Assembly: GCA_005879795.1 (NCBI GenBank)
Contig: VBKJ01000134.1
Coordinates: forward strand, 2,515 to 66,514
Direction: 5' to 3'
Length of the DNA: 64,000 bases
Origin: Deltaproteobacteria bacterium
Lineage (GTDB): Bacteria; Desulfobacterota; Binatia; DP-6
The translations under genes and the position numbers were made by a program. Positions 8,945 through 17,931 of the stretch are shown in pieces. The first letter of the stretch is position 1; each line of letters begins with the position of its first letter. Below the pieces are notes generated by a model. That model was not told the origin of the DNA. It worked only from the letters and a program-made list of their open reading frames with translations, and did no database searches.

Positions 8945-10313
8945 ACGGCGCCGCGCCCGGTGCGCGACGGTCGCGCTGGCGCTCGCCCTCCCGGCCCGCG
9001 CGGCGGCGCTCGACGTGAAGCTGTGGCCGCTTCTCCGCTACGCGCGCGACGAGGCCACGGGCGACGTGCGCGTGACGGCCTTCGGCCCCCTGATCGAGTT
9101 CCGGCGCACGGCCGAGACCCGCGACCTCCTGATCCGCCCCCTGCTCCGCCTGCACCAGCGGCGCGGCGCCGCGCACGACGACCGCTCCGACATCCTCTAC
9201 CCGCTCGTCTCGACGCGCTGGCAGGACGACTACCAGAGCTTGCGCCTGCTCCTCTTCACCTACCGTACGGGCGCCCGCGCCGCGGCGCCGCCCGCGGAGA
9301 GCGAGACGGCTCGGGCGCGCGCGTGGGCGAGCCGCTTCACGCTCTTCCCGTTCGTCTTCTACCGCTCGAGCCCCGAGCGCGGGCGCCAGCTCTCGGTGGC
9401 CCCCTTTTATCTGGACCTCGACCACTTCCTCGGCTACGAGCGCGTGCGGATGGTGATGTTCCCCGCCTATCTCGGACTCTCCGAGCCGCGGGTCGAGCGG
9501 CGGTACTACGCCTTCCCGTTCGTCGCCACCTACGGCGGGCCGGGCGGCCGCGGGTTCCGCGTGCTGCCCTTCTACGGCACGCGGGAGGTCGTCGGCGAGG
9601 AGCGGACGAGCTTCGTGCTCTGGCCCTTCCACATCCGCAGCGAGCGCCTGGTGCCCGGCTACGGCTGGGAGCGCCGGCGCATCGACCTGCCCTTCTTCGC
9701 CGCCATCGACGGCGCCGGGCGCCGCGTGCGCAGCTACGGCCTCTTCGCCTACACGCTCGCCGTCGACGAGCGGAAGGGGACTGAGAGCATCGGCGCGCCC
9801 TGGCCGCTGGTGTTTCGCCAGCGGCGGCTCGGCGACCGCGACTGGCAGGTCTGGCGGGTCTTCCCCTTCTACGCTAGGAGCGACGTGCGGGGTATCTCGT
9901 CGCGGCTCTACGCCTGGCCCGCCTACCGGCGAAAGTCCGAGGACGTGGATGACTACCACTACGAGCGCCGGCGCGTGCTCGAGTTCCTCTGGCGGCGCCA
10001 GACGCTGGTGAACGAGACCTCGGGCCACCGCGAGACCCTCACCACGATGTTCCCCTGGCTCCGCAGCGAGCGAGACGACCGGCGCGCCTTCGGCCAGACG
10101 CCGGCGCTCCTGGACAGCCTTCTCCCGAAAAACCCGGGGCTCCTCGCCCTGTGGGCGCCGCTCTACGGTGTCGTGCGCTGGGACACGCGCCCCGACGGCG
10201 CGCGCGACTGGAACCTCCTCTGGGGGCTCGCGGCCCGCGAGGACGGCCGGCTCCTCGCCCCCTGGCACCTGGAGCTCGCGCCCGCGGCGCAGGACGGGGC
10301 CCATGGCGGTTGA
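8928..10313 (+). CDS. Secreted hypothetical protein (aromatic-rich, possibly outer-membrane), upstream of and coupled to mlaE
   Basis: 461 aa starting at a TTG (8928). It has an RRRRAR plus hydrophobic signal region and many F/Y/W-P repeats (FPFV, FPAY, LPFY). It overlaps mlaE by 11 nt. Confidence 0.45.
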   Translation: MSSPSRRRRARCATVALALALPARAAALDVKLWPLLRYARDEATGDVRVTAFGPLIEFRRTAETRDLLIRPLLRLHQRRGAAHDDRSDILYPLVSTRWQDDYQSLRLLLFTYRTGARAAAPPAESETARARAWASRFTLFPFVFYRSSPERGRQLSVAPFYLDLDHFLGYERVRMVMFPAYLGLSEPRVERRYYAFPFVATYGGPGGRGFRVLPFYGTREVVGEERTSFVLWPFHIRSERLVPGYGWERRRIDLPFFAAIDGAGRRVRSYGLFAYTLAVDERKGTESIGAPWPLVFRQRRLGDRDWQVWRVFPFYARSDVRGISSRLYAWPAYRRKSEDVDDYHYERRRVLEFLWRRQTLVNETSGHRETLTTMFPWLRSERDDRRAFGQTPALLDSLLPKNPGLLALWAPLYGVVRWDTRPDGARDWNLLWGLAAREDGRLLAPWHLELAPAAQDGAHGG

Positions 10314-11118
10314 GGCGATCGGTCGCGCGCCGCGCCCGCCGGGCGCGCTCGCGCGCCTCGGCGCGAGCCTCCTCGACGGCCTCCAGGTCCTCGGCGAGGC
10401 GACCCGCCTCTTCTTCGCGACCGTGCGCGCGGCGGCCTTCGTGCCCGCCGACCGCCAGCGCGTCGTCGTGCAGATGGTGCGCGTCGGGACCGACACGCTC
10501 CTGATCGGCGCGCTCCTCTCCCTCTTCGTCGGCATGGTGATGGTGGTGCAGGCGGCCGACCAGCTGCGCGACGTGAGCCAGGACATCCTCGGCCCGATCG
10601 TCGGGCTCGCCATGACGAAGGAGCTCGGGCCGGTCCTCATGGCCTTCCTCCTCGCCGGGCGAGCCGGGTCGGCGATGGCCGCGGAGCTGGGCTCGATGAC
10701 CGTCTACGACGAGATCAACGCGCTCCGCACCATGGACATCGACCCGGTGCGCTTCCTCGTCATGCCGCGCTTCGTGGCGGCCACGGTCGCGCTTCCCGTG
10801 CTCATCCTCTACGCCGACTTCATCGGCGTGTGGGGCGGGGCCGCCGTGGTCGCCGCCGACCCGGCGATCACGATCCCGGTCAGCAGCTACTTCGCGCGCA
10901 TGCTCGAGTGGGTGCACTTCACCGACCTCGTCGTGGGCCTGGTGAAGGGCGTGGTCTTCGGCATGGTGGCCTCGATCCTGCCCTGCACCTTCGGGCTGCG
11001 CACGCGCGGCGGCACCGAGGGCATCGCCGCCTCGACCACCGCGGCCGTGGTGTGGAGCTTCATCCTGATCCTGGTCTTCGACTTCCTGATCGTGCGCGTT
11101 ACCTTCGCGCTCGACTAG
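10303..11118 (+). CDS. mlaE: ABC transporter permease, MlaE/YrbE family
   Basis: 271 aa from MAVEAIGRAP (ATG 10303). It has multipass TM segments and the MlaE-type conserved core (GPVLMAFLLAGRAGSAMAAELGSM). Confidence 0.8.
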   Translation: MAVEAIGRAPRPPGALARLGASLLDGLQVLGEATRLFFATVRAAAFVPADRQRVVVQMVRVGTDTLLIGALLSLFVGMVMVVQAADQLRDVSQDILGPIVGLAMTKELGPVLMAFLLAGRAGSAMAAELGSMTVYDEINALRTMDIDPVRFLVMPRFVAATVALPVLILYADFIGVWGGAAVVAADPAITIPVSSYFARMLEWVHFTDLVVGLVKGVVFGMVASILPCTFGLRTRGGTEGIAASTTAAVVWSFILILVFDFLIVRVTFALD

Positions 11119-11473
11119 GAGTCCGTCCGACTGAAGACTACGCGATCTGTCGCCCGCGGTAGGAGATTTGTTTCGACGGACCTGGGGGATTTGGGCTAGG
11201 GTCCCGACGGTACTTCGCGGGTCTCTGGGAACGTCTGGATCACCCGTGGTTGCGAACAGTCCGATTTGCGGCTGGGCACCCCGCATTCCGAAAGGGGTGA
11301 GGCGCTCCCCAAGAGGGAGGGGGTTCTCCTGCCGGCGCAGCGATTGCAGGCTCAATCTGGCATGTTGCCTCGCGCCTCTGCCGGACTGCGCGAACCCACG
11401 CGCTGGAAAGCAGATGACGCCAATCGCCGCATAGTTCCGCCATTCTCGTCCTTGTAAGACTTACCCATTAGCC

Positions 11474-11737
11474 GTGAAACATTTGCGTTCCGCTCTCACC
11501 GGTGCTGGCCTTGCCGCGATTGCCACCTCGGACCTTCTCCCTCCATCTGCTTGCGGGCACGGCGGTCGCCCAATCGACCACCCCGACGTTCGTTTGGGGG
11601 GGCGGCATCGCTCAACCGAGCCGTACGACGCCCCTGCGCAGGTCACGTCTCGGTCAACGTCTGACCGGCGTTGCCAGTTGAATCAGGTGAGCAGCGCGTC
11701 GCGCTGCGCTTCGTCGTCTTCTGAACCCAGGAGCTGA
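11474..11737 (+). CDS. Possible small ORF (87 aa) with a signal-peptide-like N-terminus, ending immediately upstream of the DUF1566 gene; doubtful
   Basis: Starts MKHLRSALTGAGLAAIATS. Its third-position codon usage is T-rich, atypical for this genome. It lies in a lower-GC 620-bp non-coding stretch. Confidence 0.15.
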   Translation: MKHLRSALTGAGLAAIATSDLLPPSACGHGGRPIDHPDVRLGGRHRSTEPYDAPAQVTSRSTSDRRCQLNQVSSASRCASSSSEPRS

Positions 11738-11739
11738 AT

Positions 11740-12939
11740 ATGAGGACGCTCGTACCCTTCCTGCTCAGTCTCGTCTCGCTGCTCGGACCGCGCAGCGGAT
11801 GGGGTTGTCAACTGCCTGCGACCGGGCAGACGACGTGTTGGGACACCAACGGGAGCGTCGTCCCGTGTGCCGGCACGGGTCAGGACGGCGACCTCCGGGA
11901 GGGAGCCCCGCTCGCGTACGTCGACAACGGAGACGGGACGGTCACGGACGTGACCACCGGGCTCGTGTGGGAGAAGCTCTCGAACGACGGGACGGTGCAC
12001 GACAAGGACAACTTGTACACGTGGGCCAACGCGTTCGCGGGGCACGTGGCGACGCTCAACGGCACGACCTTCGCGGGCCACGCCGACTGGCGGCTGCCGA
12101 ATTTGCGGGAGCTGCAGAGCATCGCGAACTACCAGAACGCCCTGCCGGCGGTGTCCCCGGCCTTCAACAACAACTGCTCGTCGGGCTGCCCCGTGACCAC
12201 GTGCAGCTGCACCTACAACGGCGACTACTGGTCGTCCACGTCCGAGGCCCTCAGCCCGTCGCATGCGTGGTTCGTGGACTTCCAGGACGGCCTCCTGGCC
12301 ACGGGCGGTAAGACCGGCACCGAACCCGTTCGGGCCGTGCGGGGCGGCTCGACGTCCTGCCCGCTGCCTGCGACCGGGCAGACGACGTGTTGGGACAGCA
12401 GTGGGAGCGTCATCCCGTGTGCCGGCACGGGTCAGGACGGCGACCTCCGGGAGGGAGCCCCGCTCACGTACGTCGACAACGGGAACGGGACGGTCACGGA
12501 CGTGAACACCGGGCTCGTGTGGGAGAAGCTCTCGGACGACGGGACGGTCCACGACAAGGACAACTTGTACACGTGGGCCAACGCGTTCACCGGGCACGTG
12601 GCGATACTCAACGGCATGAGCTTCGCCGGCCACGCCGACTGGCGGGTACCGAACGTGCGCGAGCTGCAGAGCATCCTGAACTACCAGAACGTCCTACCGC
12701 CCGTGTCCCCCGCCTTCAACAACAACTGCTCGGCGGGCTGCTCCGCGACCACGTGCAGCTGCACCCTCGAGGGCGACTACTGGTCGTCCACGTCCAGCGT
12801 CTCCGGTCCGTCGAATGCGTGGTTCGTCGGCTTCCAGTACGCCAACGTGAACTCCTTCGGCAGGACTGGCGGCAAGAGTGGCACGGCCTCCGTTCGGGCC
12901 GTGCGCGGCAGCTCCAGCTGTTGCGGGTGCGGTGGGTGA
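11740..12939 (+). CDS. Secreted protein with two tandem DUF1566 (Lcl C-terminal-like) domains
   Basis: 399 aa with a signal peptide. Two repeats of about 185 aa each contain TGLVWEKLS.DGTVHDKDNLYTWANAF, the WRLPN(L/V)RELQSI motif, DYWSST and a Cys-rich tail. Confidence 0.6.
   Translation: MRTLVPFLLSLVSLLGPRSGWGCQLPATGQTTCWDTNGSVVPCAGTGQDGDLREGAPLAYVDNGDGTVTDVTTGLVWEKLSNDGTVHDKDNLYTWANAFAGHVATLNGTTFAGHADWRLPNLRELQSIANYQNALPAVSPAFNNNCSSGCPVTTCSCTYNGDYWSSTSEALSPSHAWFVDFQDGLLATGGKTGTEPVRAVRGGSTSCPLPATGQTTCWDSSGSVIPCAGTGQDGDLREGAPLTYVDNGNGTVTDVNTGLVWEKLSDDGTVHDKDNLYTWANAFTGHVAILNGMSFAGHADWRVPNVRELQSILNYQNVLPPVSPAFNNNCSAGCSATTCSCTLEGDYWSSTSSVSGPSNAWFVGFQYANVNSFGRTGGKSGTASVRAVRGSSSCCGCGG
11806..12912 (+). 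repeat. Direct tandem duplication (2 units of about 553 bp) inside the DUF1566 gene
   Basis: Unit 2 (about 12358-12912) repeats unit 1 (about 11806-12357) with high nucleotide identity; for example CTGCCTGCGACCGGGCAGACGACGTGTTGGGACA occurs at 11811 and 12363. The duplication is in frame. Confidence 0.8.
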
Positions 12940-13138
12940 AGTCCTCGTAGACCCGCGCCGGCTGCCCCGTGGCCCGTGGAGGAGCGCCGCCACCACCGGC
13001 CAGCCGCCGATCCCTTGGAAACCGAGCTGGTCTGCCCTACAGTCTGTGCGCACCACGCCGCCCCTCCCGCTGGGCTTTCTCTTCGCAAAGGAGCCGGGCC
13101 GGGGGGTGCGATTTGTCTACGGTGAGAGATCCGGCCTG

Positions 13139-13183
13139 GGAGGCTGTCGGCACAGCCATGGCGAGCGAGGCGAACGAGCCGGG
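13139..13183. repeat. Conserved 45-nt intergenic motif, copy 2
   Basis: GGAGGCTGTCGGCACAGCCATGGCGAGCGAGGCGAACGAGCCGGG. It sits about 150 bp upstream of mlaF and matches copy 1 at 6521..6563. Confidence 0.6.
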
Positions 13184-13332
13184 CAGCGAGAGCCGGAAGC
13201 GCAGCGCACGACCGACGAGGCGTGTCGAACGCACCCGGCGCTCCGCGCCGCGGGCGCACGGGAGCAGCGAGCACCCCCTCCGATCGCTCGCCGCAGCCGG
13301 CATGGTCACCCGACCGCCGCTAGCCAACTAGC

Positions 13333-14100
13333 ATGGCGGTGGCGGCCGAGCGCGCGAAGGGCGTACCGGTCGAGCTGGCCGGAGTACGGAAGTCGTACGA
13401 CGACCACCTCGTCCTGGCGGGCGTCGACCTGAGCGTGGCGCCGGGCGAGCTGGTGGCCATCGTCGGCCAGAGCGGCACGGGGAAGTCGGTGCTGCTGCGC
13501 CAGATCGTCGGCCTCGAGGGGCCGGACGCCGGCCGCATCACGGTGGGCGGGATCGAGCTGGGCGAGTACCTCGCCCTCCCGCCCGAGGAGAAGCCCTTCC
13601 GCATCGCCATGGTCTTCCAATCCTCCGCGCTCCTGGCCTCGCTCACCGTGGGCGAGAACGTGGGGCTGCGCCTGCGCGAGCGCGGCCGCCACGCACCGGC
13701 CGAGATCGCCGCCATCACCCGCCGCGTCCTCGAGCAGGTGGAGCTTGCCGGCACGGAAGAGAAGCTCCCGGGCGAGCTGTCGGGCGGCATGCGCAAGCGG
13801 GTCGCGATCGCGCGCGCGCTCGCCATCGACCCCGAGCTCATCCTCTACGACGAGCCGACCGCCGACCTGGACCCCATCCTGACCGAGCAGATCGGGCAGC
13901 TGATCGCGCGCATCCGCACGCTGCGCGGCCACACCCAGCTCATCGTCACGCACAACCTGCCCCTGGCGCGCGCCATCGCCGACCGCATCGCGGTGCTCGC
14001 CGAGGGCCGCATTGCCGAGTGCGTCACGCCCGCCGAGCTCGCCGCGAGCCGCCACCCGCTCACGCGCGAGTTCCTGCGGGCGTCCGCCCTCGCCGGCTAG
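13333..14100 (+). CDS. mlaF: ABC transporter ATP-binding protein, MlaF-like
   Basis: 255 aa with a Walker A (GQSGTGKS), an ABC signature (LSGGMRKRVAIARAL) and a Walker B (LILYDEPTADLD). Confidence 0.8.
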   Translation: MAVAAERAKGVPVELAGVRKSYDDHLVLAGVDLSVAPGELVAIVGQSGTGKSVLLRQIVGLEGPDAGRITVGGIELGEYLALPPEEKPFRIAMVFQSSALLASLTVGENVGLRLRERGRHAPAEIAAITRRVLEQVELAGTEEKLPGELSGGMRKRVAIARALAIDPELILYDEPTADLDPILTEQIGQLIARIRTLRGHTQLIVTHNLPLARAIADRIAVLAEGRIAECVTPAELAASRHPLTREFLRASALAG

Positions 14101-14108
14101 GAGACGCC

Positions 14109-15077
14109 ATGCTCACCAACGAACAGCGGATCGGCATCTTCTTCATCGTGGGGCTCGTGCTCTTCTTCATCGCGATCGAGCTGACGCTCGGCCTCGGGCT
14201 CTTCACCCGCCGTTACCCGCTCTACGCCACCTTCCGCGACGTGCAGGGCCTCGACACGGGGGCCGACGTGCGGGTCGCGGGCATCAAGGCGGGCCGCGTC
14301 GAGAGCATGCGCATCGAGCACGGCGCCGTGGTCGTCAAGATGGCGATCGACGCGCGTTTCGAGGTGAAGAAGGACTCGCTCGCGCGCCTCGACTTCCGGG
14401 CGCTCAGCGGCGACCGCTTCATCGCCCTCTCGCTCGGCACGCCGACCGCCAGGCGCGCCGAGCCGGGCGACACCCTCGAGGGCGAGACGCCGGCCAGCTT
14501 CACCGACGTGGTCGACAAGCTCTCGACGGTCGCCGAGAGCGTGACCAACCTGACCGACAACCTGAACCGCAACGCCGAGCGCCTGCTCGCCAACCTGGCC
14601 GACCTGGTCGAGGAGAACCAGGGCGCGATCGGCGCCACGGCGCAGAACCTCGCCTCCATCACCGGGAAGCTCGACCGGGGGACGGGGACGCTCGGGCTCC
14701 TGCTCAACGACCGGGCGCTCTACGACCGGGTCACCGACACCATGGGCGACGTGCGCCGGTCGGTCGCGGACCTGGGCGTCGTGGCGCACGACCTGGCCGA
14801 GGGCAAGGGCACGCTCGGCAAGCTCGTGAGCCAGGACGACGGCCTCTACGCGGAGGTGCGCGAGACGGTCGCGAGCCTCGGCGCCACGGCCCGCAACGCC
14901 GAGGAGATCACCGACAACCTGCGCACGGGCCAGGGCACGGTCGGCAAGGCGCTCACCGACGACTCCCTGTACACCGAGGCCCAGGACACGCTCCGCACCG
15001 TCAACCGCGCGACGCAGTCCGTCGAGGATCAGTCGGCGATCTCGCTCCTCGGGACGGTCGTGACCAGCCTGTTCTGA
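14109..15077 (+). CDS. mlaD: MCE-domain periplasmic substrate-binding protein, MlaD-like
   Basis: Starts MLTNEQRIGIFFIVGLVLFFIAI, an N-terminal TM segment. The MCE domain is present (ATFRDVQGLDTGADVRVAGIKAGRVES), followed by a long coiled C-terminal extension. Confidence 0.75.
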   Translation: MLTNEQRIGIFFIVGLVLFFIAIELTLGLGLFTRRYPLYATFRDVQGLDTGADVRVAGIKAGRVESMRIEHGAVVVKMAIDARFEVKKDSLARLDFRALSGDRFIALSLGTPTARRAEPGDTLEGETPASFTDVVDKLSTVAESVTNLTDNLNRNAERLLANLADLVEENQGAIGATAQNLASITGKLDRGTGTLGLLLNDRALYDRVTDTMGDVRRSVADLGVVAHDLAEGKGTLGKLVSQDDGLYAEVRETVASLGATARNAEEITDNLRTGQGTVGKALTDDSLYTEAQDTLRTVNRATQSVEDQSAISLLGTVVTSLF

Positions 15078-15086
15078 ACGGGCGCC

Positions 15087-15845
15087 TCACCCCGCCATCG
15101 TGAGTCCGCCCGACACGCTCAGCACCTGTCCGGTCACGTAGGCGGCCTCGTCCGAGACGAGATAGGCGACCGCGCCGGCCACGTCCTCGGGCTGGGCCAG
15201 CCGGCCGAGCGGGATGGTCCGCTGCATGCTGGCCAGGATCTTCTGGCCGCGCTCGCCCGCCATCACGTCGCGCAGCAGCTGGGTGTCCGCGGGGCCGGGG
15301 CAGACCACGTTCACCGTGATGCCGTGGCGGGCCAGCTCCCGCGCGAGCGCCTTCGAGAAGCCGATGAGCGCTGCCTTGCAGCCGGAGTACACCGCTTCGC
15401 CCGTGCTGCCCACGCGCCCGGCGTCCGAGGAGATGCTGACGATCCGGCCGCGCCCGCGCGCGACCATGCCCTGCACCACGGCGCGCGTTGCGTTGAGCGC
15501 GCCCTTGAAGTTGACGGCGATCAGCCGGTCCCAGAGCGCCGGGTCGCTCTCGAGGAAGGGCGCCAGGCGCTCCCAGCCGGCGTTGTTGACGAGCACGTCG
15601 ATCGGGCCGAGGGCATCACCGACGGAGCCCACGGCGGCCTCGACGGCGACCAGGTTTCTCACGTCGGCGGGGGCGCCGAGCGCCCGCCCGCCCGCGGCGA
15701 CGATCTCGTTCGCGACCGCGCGCGCGCTCGCACCGTCCAGGTCGGCGATGCCGACCGCCATCCCGGCGCGCGCGAGGCGGAGCGCGATGGCGCGGCCGAT
15801 GCCGCGCCCACCGCCCGTCACGAGCGCGACCGCGTCGGTCAATTG
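15087..15845 (-). CDS. SDR-family oxidoreductase (3-hydroxyacyl-CoA / 3-oxoacyl reductase-like)
   Basis: Glycine-rich NAD(P)-binding loop TGGGRGIG, catalytic motif YSGCKAALIGFSK and the NNAG motif. The probable TTG start overlaps the MaoC stop. Confidence 0.75.
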   Translation of the reverse strand, partial: QLTDAVALVTGGGRGIGRAIALRLARAGMAVGIADLDGASARAVANEIVAAGGRALGAPADVRNLVAVEAAVGSVGDALGPIDVLVNNAGWERLAPFLESDPALWDRLIAVNFKGALNATRAVVQGMVARGRGRIVSISSDAGRVGSTGEAVYSGCKAALIGFSKALARELARHGITVNVVCPGPADTQLLRDVMAGERGQKILASMQRTIPLGRLAQPEDVAGAVAYLVSDEAAYVTGQVLSVSGGLTMAG

Positions 15846-16273
15846 CGCGACGGGAGGGCCGCGCTGAAGGTGCCGCTCACCGCGACTTCGCCCTTCTGGT
15901 TGAGCGCCAGCACCTCGCCGTCGATGCGCTTCTCGCCGTTGTGCTCGTACTTCTTGGTGACCTTGCCCTTGCAGGTGATGGTGTCGCCCGGCCAGACGCG
16001 CGTCGCGAAACGCACCTTCATGCGGCGGAGGTTCTCGGCGCCGACGTAGTCGGTCACGCACTTGCCGACGAAGGCCGCGGTGAGCATGCCGTGTCCGAAG
16101 ACGCTCGGGTTGCCCGCCGCGCGCGCGAACTCCTCGTCGGTGTGGATGGGGTTGAAGTCGCCCGAGGCGCCCGCGTAGCGGACCAGGTCCATGCGCGCCA
16201 AGCGCTCGACCACGAAGGGCGGGACCGCGCCACCCTCCTGCACGTCCTCGAAGAAGAGCTTCCTCCGCTCCAT
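15839..16273 (-). CDS. MaoC-like (R)-specific enoyl-CoA hydratase, hot-dog fold, subunit B
   Basis: 144 aa. Contains the MaoC signature (RYAGASGDFNPIHTDEEFA). Confidence 0.75.
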   Translation of the reverse strand: MERRKLFFEDVQEGGAVPPFVVERLARMDLVRYAGASGDFNPIHTDEEFARAAGNPSVFGHGMLTAAFVGKCVTDYVGAENLRRMKVRFATRVWPGDTITCKGKVTKKYEHNGEKRIDGEVLALNQKGEVAVSGTFSAALPSRN

Positions 16274-16283
16274 GTGCGCCTCC

Positions 16284-16733
16284 CTACGCCTTGACCGTTC
16301 CTTCGGTCATGATGAGCGTGTTGCGCGAGTACGCTACGACCTCGTCCCGCTGGTTGCGGCACTCGCTCTCCATGAGCACGAACAGCATGTTCCCGCCGCG
16401 GGAGCCCTGCTTCTCGAAGACGTCCTTGGTGCGAGAGCGGATCCGGAGCACGTCGCCGGCCCGGATGGGCTTCAGGTACTCGAACTCCTGCTCGCCGTGC
16501 AGGAGCCGGCGCATGTCGAGCTTGACGGCGCGCACGCCGCCGCTGGTCGCACCCTCGGTCCAGTGCGCGACCGTCATCAGGAAGGTGGGCGGCACGAGCG
16601 CGTCGTCGCCGGTGAAGGCTGGGTTGTCGTCCTTGATGGCGCGCGCGAACTCGCGGATCTTCCCGTACTCCACCCGCAGGGTGGTCTCGGGCCCCCACTG
16701 GCCGATGGCGGACCGGTCGATCTCCCAGGTCAT
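16284..16733 (-). CDS. Hot-dog-fold dehydratase/hydratase N-terminal-type subunit (MaoC N-terminal-like), subunit A
   Basis: 149 aa starting MTWEIDRSAIG. Its ATG overlaps the ACAD stop (ATGA). It pairs with the adjacent MaoC ORF, as in heterodimeric ChsH1/H2- or BbsH-like hydratases. Confidence 0.6.
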   Translation of the reverse strand: MTWEIDRSAIGQWGPETTLRVEYGKIREFARAIKDDNPAFTGDDALVPPTFLMTVAHWTEGATSGGVRAVKLDMRRLLHGEQEFEYLKPIRAGDVLRIRSRTKDVFEKQGSRGGNMLFVLMESECRNQRDEVVAYSRNTLIMTEGTVKA

Positions 16734-17863
16734 AACCCGATCAGTTGCGCGACGATCTCGCGGTTCCAGGTCGCGTCGCCGAAGGTCACCTCGGAGCTCT
16801 TCGCGCGCTTGAAGTAGATGTGCATGTCGTGCTCCCAGGTGAAGCCGATGCCGCCGTGGATCTGGATACCCTCGCCGGCGGTGTGCCGGTAGGCATCCGA
16901 GCAGTAGGCCTTTGCCATTGCAGCTGCAAGGGGGCCCTCGGGCACGTCGTTCGCGACCGCCCAGGCCGCGTAGTAGGTCGCGGACTTCGAGCTCTCCACC
17001 TCGACCAGCATGTTGGCGCACTTGTGCTGGATCGCCTGGAAGCTGCCGATCGGGCGCCCGAACTGCTCGCGCACCTTGGCGTAGTCGACCGACATCTCGA
17101 GGACCTTCTGGGCTCCGCCGCACATCTCGGCCGAGAGCCCCACCTTGCCGCGGTCGACCACGCGCTCGAGGAGCTTCCAGCCCGCGCCCGCCTGGCCGAG
17201 CACGCGCTCCGCGGGCACGCTCACGTCCGCGAGCGCCAGCTCGCAGAGCTTGCGCGTCTGGTCCATGGTCTTGAGCAGCGTGGCGGTGACGCCGGGCGCC
17301 TTCGCGTCGACGAGGAAGAGGCTCACGCCCTCGGCACCCGTCGAGCCGGGAGCGCGGCCGGCGACGATCAGCAGATCGGCCGTGTGTGCGTCGGGGACGA
17401 AGAGCTTGGTCCCGGAGAGCTTGTAGCCCCCGGCCGCCGGCCGCGCCTCGAGCCCGATGCCCTCCGCGTCCCAGCGCGCGCTCGGCTCGAGCTGGGCGAG
17501 GGTGACGCGCAGCCTGCCCGCCGCGAGCCTCGGCAGGAGGTCCTCCTTCTGCGCCGCGCTCCCGCCCGCGTCGATCGCCACCGCGCCGACCAGGGTCGAG
17601 AAGAACGGGCCCGGCAGCACGACGCGGCCCATCTCCTCGAGGACGACGATCATGTCGACGAAGTCGAGGCCCGCGCCGCCGTGCGCCTCGGGGAGGATGA
17701 GGCCCATCCACCCGAGCTCGGCCATCTTCCGCCACTGCTCGTCGCGGAAGCCCTGCTCGTCCTCCATCATCTGGCGGACGTAGGTCATGGGGCATTCCTT
17801 GGCGAGGAAGTCGCGGGCCGATTTGCGCAGCATCTCCTGCTCTTCGCTGAAGCCGAAGTCCAT
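16730..17863 (-). CDS. Acyl-CoA dehydrogenase
   Basis: 377 aa starting MDFGFSEEQEMLRKSARDF. The ACAD C-terminal helical domain (QIHGGIGFTWEHDMHIYFKRAK) is present. Confidence 0.85.
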   Translation of the reverse strand: MDFGFSEEQEMLRKSARDFLAKECPMTYVRQMMEDEQGFRDEQWRKMAELGWMGLILPEAHGGAGLDFVDMIVVLEEMGRVVLPGPFFSTLVGAVAIDAGGSAAQKEDLLPRLAAGRLRVTLAQLEPSARWDAEGIGLEARPAAGGYKLSGTKLFVPDAHTADLLIVAGRAPGSTGAEGVSLFLVDAKAPGVTATLLKTMDQTRKLCELALADVSVPAERVLGQAGAGWKLLERVVDRGKVGLSAEMCGGAQKVLEMSVDYAKVREQFGRPIGSFQAIQHKCANMLVEVESSKSATYYAAWAVANDVPEGPLAAAMAKAYCSDAYRHTAGEGIQIHGGIGFTWEHDMHIYFKRAKSSEVTFGDATWNREIVAQLIGL

Positions 17864-17931
17864 CGCCGTCCCTTCTCAGCCGTTGGCGAGCCCGGTCACG
17901 CAGCCGGCCACGGCCACACGCTCGTGGATGT

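Noticed and set aside
11168-11457. Short ORFs of 60-90 aa within the 620-bp non-coding stretch
   Set aside because: They overlap in multiple frames and have no motifs. The region has atypical composition, so they are more likely non-coding.
13141-13165. A σ54-like GGCAC..N..GGC in copy 2 of the 45-nt motif
   Set aside because: The -12 element reads TGGC rather than TTGC. Copy 1 has a 1-nt insertion that destroys the spacing, so the conserved feature is not a σ54 promoter.
16054-16698. A 214-aa ORF on the minus strand overlapping the MaoC and hot-dog genes
   Set aside because: Its composition is Arg-rich with no domain, and it is out of frame relative to two well-supported hot-dog genes.
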